From contig CBDANS010000006.1 in assembly GCA_965197745.1 (NCBI GenBank), forward strand, positions 1,312,001 to 1,376,000: a DNA stretch of 64,000 nt. Direction: 5' to 3'. Positions 10,603-20,661 of this stretch are shown here, one piece after another. Numbering within the stretch: position 1 is the first letter of the stretch; each line of letters opens with the position of its first letter. Below the pieces are notes generated by a model, which was given only the letters and a program-made list of their open reading frames with translations, ran no database searches and was not told where the DNA came from. Position numbers and translations under genes: made by a program. The DNA comes from Opitutales bacterium (GTDB lineage Bacteria > Verrucomicrobiota > Verrucomicrobiia > Opitutales > PNEW01).

Positions 10603-11781
10603 GTGAAAATTCTCGTCGCCAACCTGGGTTCTACCTCTCTCAAATACCGTCTTTTTTCGATGGAGGACGGGAGCGAAACGCTATTAGCAAAAGGAGGTTT
10701 TGAACGCGTAACCGATCACGGTGCCGCTATCGATAAATGCTTGGAAAATTTAAAGGAGGAGGGCCATCTTGTTTCCGGAGATGATCTCGATGCGGTAGGT
10801 TTTAAAACGATCCTGGGTAAAAATCTTACCGGTTGTGTCCCGGCGGATGATCAAACTCTTGAAGCCCTGGAAGCGTTTAATGATATCGCGCCTTCTCACA
10901 ACCCTGCCTACGCAAACGGGATACGCCAGTTTCGTGCAAAGCTCAATAAAGTGAAACTCGTGGCTCTTTTTGAAACCGCATTCTACCAATGGGTTCCCGC
11001 GGCGGCAACGCGCTACGCCGTGCCTGAGGCCTGGCATGAGGCGGGGGTAAGACGTAATGGTTTTCATGGGGCCAGTCATAAGTTCATTGCCGAGCGCTCT
11101 GCAGAACTGCTTTCACGTGACGATATAGCCGAGCGCTGCCGCAATCTTTATCTTCATGGACCGACGCCTTTCGAGGGACAACCCTTGAGGGTAATATCTT
11201 GCCATCTCGGAGGAAGCAGCTCCATTGCCGGTTGTCGCAACGGGGTAGCGGTCGACGGCAGTTTTGGCATGAGTCCGCAAAGCGGGCTCCCGCACAACAA
11301 TCGGGTTGGTGATCTCGATGCTTCGGCTACTCCTTTCATCATGAAAGCGCTCAATCTTTCCATAGACGAAGTCCAAGAGCAATTGGTACGGGAAAGCGGT
11401 CTCCTCGGCCTGTCCGGGGTAAGTAATGATTTGCGCGACATTCGCGAAAAAGCGGCTGCAGGCAATACCCAGGCCCAACTGGCAATTGATGTTTTAATTC
11501 ATTGTATCCGTCACTGGATAGGCGCTTTTTTTGTGCAGCTTAATGGCTGCGACGCCCTCGTATTTACGGGGGGGATAGGTGAAAACAATCCTTTTATCCG
11601 AGAGGCGGTGTGCGCCAACCTCGACAATCTCGGAATTGAGATTAATCCCGATTTAAATAACGCGACACTGGCTGAAGAAAATTTAATCAGCTCGGAGCAA
11701 TCCAGGGTAAAAGTATTCGTGATCCCCGCTAACGAAGAGCTAGTGGTCGCCCGTGAAACGTGTCGTTTAATCGCTTCTTAA
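10603..11781 (+). CDS. ackA: Acetate/propionate kinase
   Basis: Motifs ILVANLGSTSLKY, RRNGFHGASH, CHLGGSSS, FTGGIGEN, IPANEELVVA. Confidence 0.9.
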   Translation: MKILVANLGSTSLKYRLFSMEDGSETLLAKGGFERVTDHGAAIDKCLENLKEEGHLVSGDDLDAVGFKTILGKNLTGCVPADDQTLEALEAFNDIAPSHNPAYANGIRQFRAKLNKVKLVALFETAFYQWVPAAATRYAVPEAWHEAGVRRNGFHGASHKFIAERSAELLSRDDIAERCRNLYLHGPTPFEGQPLRVISCHLGGSSSIAGCRNGVAVDGSFGMSPQSGLPHNNRVGDLDASATPFIMKALNLSIDEVQEQLVRESGLLGLSGVSNDLRDIREKAAAGNTQAQLAIDVLIHCIRHWIGAFFVQLNGCDALVFTGGIGENNPFIREAVCANLDNLGIEINPDLNNATLAEENLISSEQSRVKVFVIPANEELVVARETCRLIAS

Positions 11782-11817
11782 GTATATTTAACCTGAAAAT
11801 CTAACTCCAAATAAAAA

Positions 11818-12114
11818 ATGTCACAAAAAGCAATAGGTCTCCTCGAAACCCGCGGTCTTATCGGTCTGGTGCAAGGCACCGACGCGATGTTGAAAGCCGC
11901 TAATGTCCAACTGGTCGGTCCCATGAAGCAGGTTGGCAGCGCCCTTTGCAGCGCTGTCGTTACTGGTGATGTGGCCGCGGTGAAAGCCGCGACTGAAGCG
12001 GGAGCAAAAGCTGCCGAAGAAGTCGGGGAAGTCGTCAGCGTGCAGGTGATTCCTCGCCCGCATGAAGATATCAATTCCGTAATGCCAAAATCTAATTCAG
12101 GTAAAGGCTCGTAG
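11818..12114 (+). CDS. BMC-H shell hexamer protein
   Basis: [34 protein letters not shown]. Confidence 0.92.
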   Translation: MSQKAIGLLETRGLIGLVQGTDAMLKAANVQLVGPMKQVGSALCSAVVTGDVAAVKAATEAGAKAAEEVGEVVSVQVIPRPHEDINSVMPKSNSGKGS

Positions 12115-12132
12115 TAATACGGGAGTTCAAGC

Positions 12133-12444
12133 ATGTTTCTGGCAAAGGTAATCGGGGCGGTTGTCGCCACAAAAAAAGAAGACACAATGAAGGGCAGGAA
12201 ACTGCTTCTTCTGTGCCCTATGCTGGTGGATGAAGCCAACCCGAAACGGTTACGTCCCGGAGTGAATACCATTGTTGCCGTCGATAATCTAGGTGCGGGT
12301 GAAGGTGAAATGGTTCTCTTTTGCCAGGGGAGTTCCGCCCGCCTGGGCACCGGTTTGAAATCGCTGCCTATCGATGCCGCGGTTGTCGGGATAGTCGACA
12401 CTGTCGACGTGCAGGGAAATAAAATCTACACCGCCAGCGACTGA
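12133..12444 (+). CDS. BMC-P (EutN/CcmL) vertex protein
   Basis: MFLAKVIGAVVATKK..AVDNLGAGEGE..GSSAR..IDAAVVGIVD. Confidence 0.92.
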   Translation: MFLAKVIGAVVATKKEDTMKGRKLLLLCPMLVDEANPKRLRPGVNTIVAVDNLGAGEGEMVLFCQGSSARLGTGLKSLPIDAAVVGIVDTVDVQGNKIYTASD

Positions 12445-12496
12445 TTTTACTCAATTAAATAGTGGAATAAAAGGTCAATGACCAAGGGGATGAAAA

Positions 12497-13984
12497 ATGA
12501 GTACGCAAATTGATATTGATGACGGTACCGTTCGGCATGTTGTCGAAGAAGTGTTGAAACGGCTTGGTCAAACGCCGGAATCCACGACATTTTCCGGGGT
12601 TGAAACTGCTTCGGGTTCCAAATGGACAGCGCCGCACCGCCGTTCTACAAAACGCAGGCATGGGGTATTTGAGGATGCCGATGAAGCCTGTGAAGCAGCA
12701 CAGGATGCATTTCTTCAGCTTCGGGATCAGGGGCTCGCGGCTCGGATGAAGGTGGTCGAAATCGTCAAAAGCCTGTGTGATAAAAATGCCAATTCGTGGG
12801 GAAAACTGGAAATGGATGAGACGCGAATTGGCAGACTCGACCACAAGATTGAGAAGCTCCAGATTGTGAAATTAACGCCGGGCGTAGAGTGGTTGCATCC
12901 CGATGCGATGAGTGGAGACCACGGGATCATGTTGGAGGAACATACCCCCTTTGGCGTTATCGGTGGCGTGACGCCGGTCACTCATTCCGTGCCAACTTTA
13001 AGCAGTAATGTTGTCAGCATCGTCTCCGCAGGTAATGCCGTGGTCTTTAATCCTCATCCCGGTGGAGCGCGTTGCGCGGCAACGGCGGTACGCGCTTTTA
13101 ATGAAGCTATTAACCGGGAAATAGGGATAGATAATCTAATATGCGCGGTGGAACATCCGACACTGGAATCATTTGATGCGATCAGTAAAAATGATCTCGT
13201 GCGACTTCTGGTTGTGACCGGAGGACCGGGGGTAGTGAACGCCGCGATGAAAAGCGGGAAACGCTCAGTCTGTGCCGGCCCGGGCAACCCTCCTGTCCTC
13301 GTCGATGAGACCGCCGGTTTGGATAAAGCGGCGCGCGATATAATATACGGTGCTGCCTACGATAACAACTTGCTTTGCATTGGCGAGAAGGAAGTCTTTG
13401 TCGTCGACGCCGTATATCGTCAGTTCATTCAGGCATTTGAAAATGCCGGTGCGTATAAGCTGACGCAGGGTCAATTGGACCGGCTCGAAAAGGAAGTTTT
13501 TACTTATGAGGATGATGGGGGTGGTTGTTCCCATCCGGTATTAAATCGGGAAATGGTGGGAAAAGACGCTACGACATTGGCAGAGATTGCGGGGACAAGA
13601 GCTCCACGTGGGACAGAAATGATTTTTGCCGAGACCGATGCGGAGCACGCTTTTGTCGTTGAAGAACAGATGACCTCGATGATACCGGTGGTTAGGGTGC
13701 GTGATGTCGAAGAAGGTATTGCCTGCGCGGTTAACGCGGAACATGGATACAAGCATTCTTCGATCATTCACTCACGCCATGTTGATAATATGACCACCAT
13801 GGCGCGAGCACTGGATAGCACCCTCTTTGTTAAAAATGGCCCTTCGACTTCAGGCCTTGGTCTAGGCGGCGAAGGCTATCTTACTTACTCCATCGCAACC
13901 ACGACAGGCGAGGGCATCACGACGCCGGAGACTTTTACGCGCAAACGGCGCTGCGTAATGGTCGATAATCTAAGAATATATTAA
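12497..13984 (+). CDS. CoA-acylating aldehyde dehydrogenase (PduP/EutE-like) with N-terminal encapsulation peptide
   Basis: Motifs PFGVIGGVTPVTH, VTGGPGVV, AGPGNPPVLVDETA, DNNLLCIGEKE, TTTGEGIT. Confidence 0.92.
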   Translation: MSTQIDIDDGTVRHVVEEVLKRLGQTPESTTFSGVETASGSKWTAPHRRSTKRRHGVFEDADEACEAAQDAFLQLRDQGLAARMKVVEIVKSLCDKNANSWGKLEMDETRIGRLDHKIEKLQIVKLTPGVEWLHPDAMSGDHGIMLEEHTPFGVIGGVTPVTHSVPTLSSNVVSIVSAGNAVVFNPHPGGARCAATAVRAFNEAINREIGIDNLICAVEHPTLESFDAISKNDLVRLLVVTGGPGVVNAAMKSGKRSVCAGPGNPPVLVDETAGLDKAARDIIYGAAYDNNLLCIGEKEVFVVDAVYRQFIQAFENAGAYKLTQGQLDRLEKEVFTYEDDGGGCSHPVLNREMVGKDATTLAEIAGTRAPRGTEMIFAETDAEHAFVVEEQMTSMIPVVRVRDVEEGIACAVNAEHGYKHSSIIHSRHVDNMTTMARALDSTLFVKNGPSTSGLGLGGEGYLTYSIATTTGEGITTPETFTRKRRCVMVDNLRIY

Positions 13985-13986
13985 TT

Positions 13987-14259
13987 ATGGTTTTAGCACG
14001 TGTTGATGGTCGCGTTGTTTCGACTATTTGCCACCCAAGCATGAAGGGTTGGCGGGTCCTTATTTGTCAACCGCTCAATGAATCGGGTGAAGAGACAGAG
14101 GGTCCTATTCTGGCGATCGATCCTTATGGGGCCGATAAACACCAAAAAGTCATATTAGCGAGTGATGGATTTGCCACCCGGCAACGTGTCGAGGATGAAA
14201 AATCACCCTTGAGGTATATGGTAATTGGCGTGGTGGACGAGGCATCCAAAAAAGGGTGA
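13987..14259 (+). CDS. BMC-P (EutN/CcmL) vertex protein
   Basis: MVLARVDGRVVSTICH..AIDPYGA..MVIGVVD. Confidence 0.88.
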   Translation: MVLARVDGRVVSTICHPSMKGWRVLICQPLNESGEETEGPILAIDPYGADKHQKVILASDGFATRQRVEDEKSPLRYMVIGVVDEASKKG

Positions 14260-14285
14260 TTGATATTTTATATGCGAAAAATGAA

Positions 14286-14582
14286 ATGAAACTGGGACAG
14301 GTTATTGGCAGATTAACATTGAGTGATCAGGAATCGTCGTACATAAGTGGACGTTTCCTCTTGGTCTTGCCCTTGTCGCGCGAGCAGATTGGAGGAGCGC
14401 CCCTGAAACCACTGCCAAAAGGCAATAGCATAGTCGTCTACGACAACCTGGGCGCGGGTGTAGAGGATATCGTCGCCTATGTAGAAGGGAGAGAAGCGAG
14501 CGTAACTTTTTCTGAACCGACACCGGTCGATGCCTTTAACTGTGCGATAATCGAAACTATGGATTATCACCCGCCCCAATAG
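14286..14582 (+). CDS. BMC-P (EutN/CcmL) vertex protein
   Basis: MKLGQVIGRLTLS..VYDNLGAG..EGREA..PVDAFNCAIIE; start at ATG 14286. Confidence 0.88.
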   Translation: MKLGQVIGRLTLSDQESSYISGRFLLVLPLSREQIGGAPLKPLPKGNSIVVYDNLGAGVEDIVAYVEGREASVTFSEPTPVDAFNCAIIETMDYHPPQ

Positions 14583-14594
14583 AAGATTTTGGGA

Positions 14595-15674
14595 ATGAAA
14601 AAAGTAATCAGTGCCAAAGAGATTGAAAGAATACTGAAAGAAGGGGGAGATCCGAGCTCCTTGCCTGCTAATAGTATTCTCACACCATCTGCGCTTGATG
14701 TCATAAACAATTTTCAGCGGTCGGACAAAGACAGGAGTCAGACAGATTACCGTGAACCTTCTGTCCCCGACAATGAATTTAAATGGAGCCCCGAAAGCGA
14801 CCCGCAAACACCCGTTGCTATTCAGACATTTTTTAATTCTCCCGAGATCAATTTATTGAAAGAGAGAATATGCGAGATTGGCAGACGATTGAACCAGAAA
14901 GGTTTCGTCGATGGAAACGGCGGAAACATTACGGTCAGGGTGGGTGACAACCTCGTTTTATCTACGCCAACCCTTATAGCGAAAGGGTACATGAAACCCG
15001 CGGATATGTGCCTTGTTGATTTAAAGGGCAATCAAATTGCGGGAGAGCGGAAGCGTACGAGTGAAGTCACAACGCATATTGGAATAATGAAACATCAGCC
15101 GAAAGCAAAAGCTTGTGTCCATGCGCATCCACCCTATGCCACCGCCTTTGCCGTCGCCTCAGTTGAACCTCCGACTTGTATCATCCCCGAAGCGGAGATT
15201 TTTCTTGGTAAGATCGGGCTGGCTAATTATGAGACACCGGGAACTCCGGAAAATGCTGAAGTTATCGGACAGATGGCTGTCGATCATCAATCCATTATAA
15301 TGGGAAATCACGGCGTTATCACCTGGGGAACAGATGTCGAGGATGCTCATTGGAAAATGGAAAATACAGACATGTATTGTAAAACAATCTGGATTGCTTC
15401 CAGTTTAGGAAAGGAACTGAGTAATATAGGAGGGGCCAAACTGAAAGAACTCTTGGCTATCCGCAGTGACCTGGGTATGGATGATGCGCGCATCGGACTT
15501 CGCGAATGCGAGCTCTGCGATAACGATGAATTCCGTCCGGGGGTAATCTGTCGATCGTCTGAGAGTATTAAGAGCTGGGATAACAAAAGGTATTCTTCAC
15601 CTGAAGAAAACCCTCAGGTTGAAGCCCTTATTAAAAAGATTACAGACTTGATTCTCGAGAAGTTGAATAATTGA
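14595..15674 (+). CDS. Class II aldolase (fuculose/rhamnulose-1-phosphate aldolase-like) with C-terminal encapsulation peptide
   Basis: GNGGNITVR, RTSE, zinc-binding VHAHPP, MGNHG; C-terminal VEALIKKITDLILEKL. Confidence 0.9.
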   Translation: MKKVISAKEIERILKEGGDPSSLPANSILTPSALDVINNFQRSDKDRSQTDYREPSVPDNEFKWSPESDPQTPVAIQTFFNSPEINLLKERICEIGRRLNQKGFVDGNGGNITVRVGDNLVLSTPTLIAKGYMKPADMCLVDLKGNQIAGERKRTSEVTTHIGIMKHQPKAKACVHAHPPYATAFAVASVEPPTCIIPEAEIFLGKIGLANYETPGTPENAEVIGQMAVDHQSIIMGNHGVITWGTDVEDAHWKMENTDMYCKTIWIASSLGKELSNIGGAKLKELLAIRSDLGMDDARIGLRECELCDNDEFRPGVICRSSESIKSWDNKRYSSPEENPQVEALIKKITDLILEKLNN

Positions 15675-15699
15675 ACCCAATAAAAAAGAAACACCTTTT

Positions 15700-16626
15700 A
15701 TGAAAGTTACGATAATTGGAGGCGGGGGGAGAGTGGGATCCAATGCCGCGTTTGCCCTGCAGTGCGCCGGCATAGTCTCGGATATTCAGATCCTTGACGC
15801 CAATAATGAACTGGCCGAGGGCGAAGCGCTTGATCTTCTTCATGGGACTTCCGCTATTGCCGATCAACATGTCTATGCCGGTGATTATGAGCGTGCGCGT
15901 GACAGTGATATTTATATTATCACTGCCGGACTGCGACGAAAACCGGATGAATCACGACTCGATCTCATCAGCCGTAATGTATCACTTTTTTCCCAGATAC
16001 TCGCCAGCCTGAAGCAGACTGGACACAAGGAAGATGCCATAGTCTTTGTTGTCTCTAATCCTGTTGATATCTTAACGCACCTTGCCACGACTTACCTCGG
16101 TCTTCCCTGGCAGCGTGTAATCGGGTTAGGGACTATGCTTGATACCGCGCGATTTCGATCTTTGATTGCCGAGGAGTTGCACCTTGCCCCCACGCAGGTG
16201 AAAGCGCTTATTCTTGGAGAACATGGTGATTCAATGGTCCCCATCTGGTCATCGGCTACCGTAAATGGGTTGCCCATGGCCGGGATAAAAGGGTTCAGTG
16301 CCACCTTTCAAAGAAAAATATTTGAGAGAACCCAGGGCAGCGGAGCTGAAGTTATACGCCGCAAAGGAGGAGCCGGTTGGGCCGTTGGGCTGACCATTGC
16401 GGAAGTAGTTCACGCCATTGCCTTGGACCGCAGGCAACTATTGCCGGTTTCATCCATGCAGCAGGGTATTTATGGATTGCGGCAGGTATGTCTCAGTGTT
16501 CCTACTATCGTGGGGAGTGCCGGTGTAATCGAGCAGGTGGAACTCGATCTATGGCCAAAAGAAAAACAGGGACTGCAATCTTCCTCCCGCGCCCTTAAAG
16601 AGACACTGGCTAAGGTCGCGGGGTAG
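15700..16626 (+). CDS. L-lactate/malate dehydrogenase family protein
   Basis: Motifs IIGGGGRVG, ITAGLRRKPDESRLDL, VSNPVD, GTMLDTARF, LGEHGDS. Confidence 0.9.
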   Translation: MKVTIIGGGGRVGSNAAFALQCAGIVSDIQILDANNELAEGEALDLLHGTSAIADQHVYAGDYERARDSDIYIITAGLRRKPDESRLDLISRNVSLFSQILASLKQTGHKEDAIVFVVSNPVDILTHLATTYLGLPWQRVIGLGTMLDTARFRSLIAEELHLAPTQVKALILGEHGDSMVPIWSSATVNGLPMAGIKGFSATFQRKIFERTQGSGAEVIRRKGGAGWAVGLTIAEVVHAIALDRRQLLPVSSMQQGIYGLRQVCLSVPTIVGSAGVIEQVELDLWPKEKQGLQSSSRALKETLAKVAG

Positions 16627-16654
16627 TACGTTTCTCGATCTTAAGATGTATCAG

Positions 16655-17036
16655 GTGGAACGTGCTGACCCCAGCGCGTTTTGATTTGAAATAAGACTGG
16701 AGGGACGCACTCCGTAGCGTCCGTAGCTATCTAATTCAATTTATATCAATTTTAACGGCCACGACAACGCATGGCCCTCCAGGAAATATGGGGTATGCGT
16801 TAAGGTGAAAATGCGTAAAAGCGTGTAGGCGAGAATGCGGGGAAGACATAACAGGGTGGGATGTGTGTTTGTTTGTCGGTCATTGCCCAAAGAGCGAATA
16901 CTGAACGCGTCCCACCAATATTTTTACCCAAAAATTAGATATTTTACCTTATAACCATGATTAAGGTAGCCGGAGGGACACGCGTCGTCGTGGCCGTAAC
17001 GAAATAATTAGAGCGAAGACTGAGCCCGTCCCACCA
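16655..17036. repeat. Cluster of REP-like palindromic units (GGAGGG(A/C)CRC..GTCGTGGCCG family)
   Basis: Inverted pair 16699-16724 / 16755-16780, a further copy at 16972-16997 and ...GTCCCACC variants. Confidence 0.65.
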
Positions 17037-17066
17037 GATGAGTTGCAGATTACCTTGAACCGCCCA

Positions 17067-19076
17067 TTATCCAATCTCGCGGGCGGCTTTGAGAATACTG
17101 GAGGGTAAAATTCCCAGCTCCTTCATCACTTCTTCACCCGGCGCGCTGAGGCCAAACCGATCGATGCCGACGATTTTACCCTCAAGGCCGACATAGCGAT
17201 ACCACAACCCCGAAATTCCCGCTTCAATCGCGATTCGTTTGCGGCAACGGGAGGGCAGAACCTCCTCACGATAGGCTGCCGATTGGCGATCAAAGCGTTC
17301 GAAACAGGGCATAGAGACTACTCGCGTTCCCTTGCCGAGTTCATTTGCTGCCGCTATAGCATGTTGTAATTCACTCCCGGTAGCGAGGATGATTAATTCA
17401 AGATCACCGGTTTCTCTCCTCGCGATGTAGCCACCAGAGAGCACACCCTTTCGCCTCTCGTCTATAGGTATCTCATTTAAGTTCGGAACATTTTGCCTGG
17501 TCAAGATAAGCGCCGTTGGCCCATCTGATCGTTCTAAAGCGGCTATATAGGCACCCGCAGTTTCTTCAGGGTCGGCAGGTCGGATAACATCGAGATTGGG
17601 AATGCAGCGAAGGGCGCTTACGGTTTCCACCGGTTGATGGGTCGGACCATCTTCACCTACACCTACGGAGTCATGAGTCCAAATATAGAATACCGGTAGT
17701 TTGGCCAATGCGGCAAGACGCACGGAGGGGCGCATATAATCAGAAAAAACGGCAAAGGTGGCACACGATGCACGGAAGAGACCATCGTATCCGAAGCCGT
17801 TTACGATTGCTCCCATAGCGTGTTCGCGAATCCCGAATCGGATATTGCGCCCGACAGGGTTATCGCGGGTGAAATCGTCAGCATCTTTGATATAGTTATT
17901 CGTTGACCCGTGCAAGTCAGCGCTGCCGCTGATGAGCATAGGGAGTTCCTCGGCCAGCTGCTGCAGAATGTCACGTCCTGCCACGCGAGTTGCCAAATTG
18001 GCATCGGGTGGGAAGTGGGGGATAGAGTTAATAAAATCTCTCGGCCCATCGCTGCGTAGTGCGCTATCCAGAAGTGCATGCTTATCCGGATTCGCATTTT
18101 TCCATTGATCAAACGTTTCTTCCCAGATCGAATGGGCTTTTAGCAAGTCGTGTTTGTGCGCTGAAAAATACTCCTTTACAGAATCGGAAACAAAATAGAG
18201 TTCATCCGGTAAACCAATATTTTTTCGCGCTTCATCTACAAAATCTTTACCGTCTGCGCCATGGGCTTTTGCAGTACCTGCTACCTCGGGAATGCCCTTT
18301 CCGATTAGAGTTTTTGCAATTATTAATTTCGGTTTCCCGTTATAGTCGGCTTTCGCCATTTTAAAAGCTTCTAAGAAGCTCGTCATCTCGTGACCATCTA
18401 TCGTCACGACATCGAAACCATACGCTTCATAGCGTTTTGCTGTATCCTCACTCTGGGTTTCATCGGCCATGGCGTCGAGAGTGACATCGTTGGAATCGTA
18501 AATGACGATCAGGTTATCGAGACCGAAATGACCGGCAAACGAGCACGCTTCCGCCGCAATCCCTTCCTGAAGGCAGCCATCACCGGCGAGGCAGATTATA
18601 TGGTGGTCGAAAATAGTAGCGTTATCCGTATTGAAACGCCCCGCAGCCATTTTTCCCGATATGGCCATACCGACGGCATTGCCAACACCTTGACCGAGAG
18701 GCCCGGTGGTGCACTCGACCCCCGGGGTGTCGCCAAACTCGGGGTGACCTGGTGTCTTACTGTGAAGTTGTCGAAAGTTTCGAATTTCATCGATGCTGAG
18801 CGCGTACCCGCTTAAATGCAGCCAGGTATAGAGGAACATGCTTCCGTGCCCGGCGGAGAGGATGAATCGGTCACGATTAATCCATCGATCATTGTCGGGG
18901 TTGATCTTTAATGCGTGACCAAAAAGGACTGCTCCTAATTCTGCCGCCCCCAATGGAAGACCGAGGTGTCCAATACCTGCCGCCTTGACTGCATCCATAG
19001 CCAGACCGCGCGCTTGGGTTGCCGCCTCACTAAGGATCTCAAAATTAATTGTCTTAGATTTAACTTTTGTCTCCAT
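17067..19076 (-). CDS. tkt: Transketolase
   Basis: Motifs [43 protein letters not shown]. Confidence 0.96.
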   Translation of the reverse strand: METKVKSKTINFEILSEAATQARGLAMDAVKAAGIGHLGLPLGAAELGAVLFGHALKINPDNDRWINRDRFILSAGHGSMFLYTWLHLSGYALSIDEIRNFRQLHSKTPGHPEFGDTPGVECTTGPLGQGVGNAVGMAISGKMAAGRFNTDNATIFDHHIICLAGDGCLQEGIAAEACSFAGHFGLDNLIVIYDSNDVTLDAMADETQSEDTAKRYEAYGFDVVTIDGHEMTSFLEAFKMAKADYNGKPKLIIAKTLIGKGIPEVAGTAKAHGADGKDFVDEARKNIGLPDELYFVSDSVKEYFSAHKHDLLKAHSIWEETFDQWKNANPDKHALLDSALRSDGPRDFINSIPHFPPDANLATRVAGRDILQQLAEELPMLISGSADLHGSTNNYIKDADDFTRDNPVGRNIRFGIREHAMGAIVNGFGYDGLFRASCATFAVFSDYMRPSVRLAALAKLPVFYIWTHDSVGVGEDGPTHQPVETVSALRCIPNLDVIRPADPEETAGAYIAALERSDGPTALILTRQNVPNLNEIPIDERRKGVLSGGYIARRETGDLELIILATGSELQHAIAAANELGKGTRVVSMPCFERFDRQSAAYREEVLPSRCRKRIAIEAGISGLWYRYVGLEGKIVGIDRFGLSAPGEEVMKELGILPSSILKAAREIG

Positions 19077-19220
19077 ACTAGGTATTTTTTAAAATAAATT
19101 TTAACAATGACGAGCATAACTTATGCGCCATGGAATTATTTATAGGGCATCCCTTTAAACCTTGCCTCAGCTCAATCAATATCAGACGGGCGGGCAATTG
19201 ATCCCAGCGTGGAACGGACT

Positions 19221-19907
19221 TCAATTTAACGACAGGTCCTCGTTGCTGAGATTACCTAAACTATTATGGAGTTTAAGTTCTTTAATCTCCGACTCCAACT
19301 GTTTATTGTAGATCTCAAATCGTTTTATCACCTCGAGGGTGGATAATATTTTTTGTTTTATGAGGGGGTTGGCACAGAGAGAGTAAGCGGCAAGGTCAAC
19401 AAACAAGGCTGGTTCTTTTACTTTAAGTAACTGTTTCATTACCTCCTTTGGGATTTCTCCTCCCGCTGCTTCTTTTATTTTGAGCAGTCTGTTAAGATCT
19501 TCCATAGCTTGACGCAATATGTCCTCCTCCGCGCCTGGCGTAGAATGCAGACGATCGATGTCAATCAAACGATAGGGTTCTTCCTGGATGATGCGATTAA
19601 CCTGTATCCGGCACAGTCCCTGCAAAACGAGATTAGATGTGCCGTCATCGTTTTTATGACTGGCCCTGACTATGCCTACCGTGCCCGTGTCATAGGGCGG
19701 CTCAAACTGCCCCGTGCTTTCAGCCCGGGCGAGATCAAGACCAACCACCGCGAAGAGACGATGATTCGTTAAGACATCGTTGAGCATCTGACGGTAGCGA
19801 GGCTCGAAAATGAAGAGCGGCATAATCGCTTGAGGAAAAAGCACCGCTTCCGGGAGGGTCATTACCGGCATTTCTTTCGGAAACTGAATAGGAGTATCGG
19901 CCATCAA
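19221..19907 (-). CDS. Lon protease substrate-binding (N-terminal) domain protein
   Basis: PVMTLPEAVLFP..PLFIFEPRYRQM; no AAA or protease domain. Confidence 0.85.
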   Translation of the reverse strand: MMADTPIQFPKEMPVMTLPEAVLFPQAIMPLFIFEPRYRQMLNDVLTNHRLFAVVGLDLARAESTGQFEPPYDTGTVGIVRASHKNDDGTSNLVLQGLCRIQVNRIIQEEPYRLIDIDRLHSTPGAEEDILRQAMEDLNRLLKIKEAAGGEIPKEVMKQLLKVKEPALFVDLAAYSLCANPLIKQKILSTLEVIKRFEIYNKQLESEIKELKLHNSLGNLSNEDLSLN

Positions 19908-20040
19908 TGGAGTTTTTTATTTTTGATGAGAATTACAAACGAAATAATAAAAGTATCTATCTCAAAGTCTGTCTCTTCTTCTTTGTAACCACTTTTTATA
20001 TAAACAAATGATTCGTCCTGTTTGTTAATTTTTAATGCAA

Positions 20041-20109
20041 ACGGCCACGACGGAGCGTGGCCCTCCATTTATGGTTTATTTCTGGAGGGCCACGCTCCGT
20101 CGTGGCCGC
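20041..20109. repeat. Inverted pair of REP-like units
   Basis: CGGCCACGACGGAGCGTGGCCCTCCA, short AT spacer, then its exact reverse complement TGGAGGGCCACGCTCCGTCGTGGCCG. Confidence 0.85.
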
Positions 20110-20172
20110 TGAGAAGGACGAGTTATACTTTATTTTATTAAAAGACGAAATAGCAGCCGAAGCGTATATTTT

Positions 20173-20466
20173 TCAATCCTTCCAGGCGTGAGGGGAAAGC
20201 TTTGCGGGGTCGGGGTCGTTAGTCTCTGCATAATAGATAGCCATGCGGATATAAGATAAACGATCCTTCGCGATTCTTGTTTTTTTCTTTTTCAATTCTT
20301 CAAAGAGAACTTCTGGTGAACGCCCTGACAGTTCATATATTTCCTTAAACCCAAGATTGAGTAGATCCCTCGCCGTCTCAATATTAATATGGGGAATATG
20401 CATGAAGGAAGAATTCAAAGCCTCGTAATCGGTCTTTTTTTTCTTCTTTTTATTTACTTTTTCCAT
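20173..20466 (-). CDS. Helix-hairpin-helix (Cdd1/pathogenicity-locus-like) protein
   Basis: IPHINIETARDLLNLG..LSGRSPEVLF..RMAIYYAE..W; start at ATG 20466. Confidence 0.7.
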   Translation of the reverse strand: MEKVNKKKKKKTDYEALNSSFMHIPHINIETARDLLNLGFKEIYELSGRSPEVLFEELKKKKTRIAKDRLSYIRMAIYYAETNDPDPAKLSPHAWKD

Positions 20467-20634
20467 CTTAAGATCCTCTTGGTCACGGGTTTCAGTTAAA
20501 GTGTGCGAGGACGCCCACTGGGACACAAACTGTGACAAGCTGTCATCGATTAAGTAATAATGAGAACGGGTGAAGGGGCGATCTTTTATTATAACTTATT
20601 AATAATAAAAAGGTTAAGATAATATTAAAGAGTC

Positions 20635-20650
20635 TGGCACAAGCATTGCT
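20635..20650 (+). promoter_or_regulatory. Sigma54 (-24/-12) promoter candidate upstream of dnaK
   Basis: TGGCAC-AAGCA-TTGCT matches TGGCAC-N5-TTGCW with exact GG-N10-GC spacing. Confidence 0.7.
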
Positions 20651-20661
20651 TAAAAGCGGGT

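Noticed and set aside
20467..20661. CIRCE element for dnaK/groESL
   Set aside because: No TTAGCACTC-N9-GAGTGCTAA found here or before groES.
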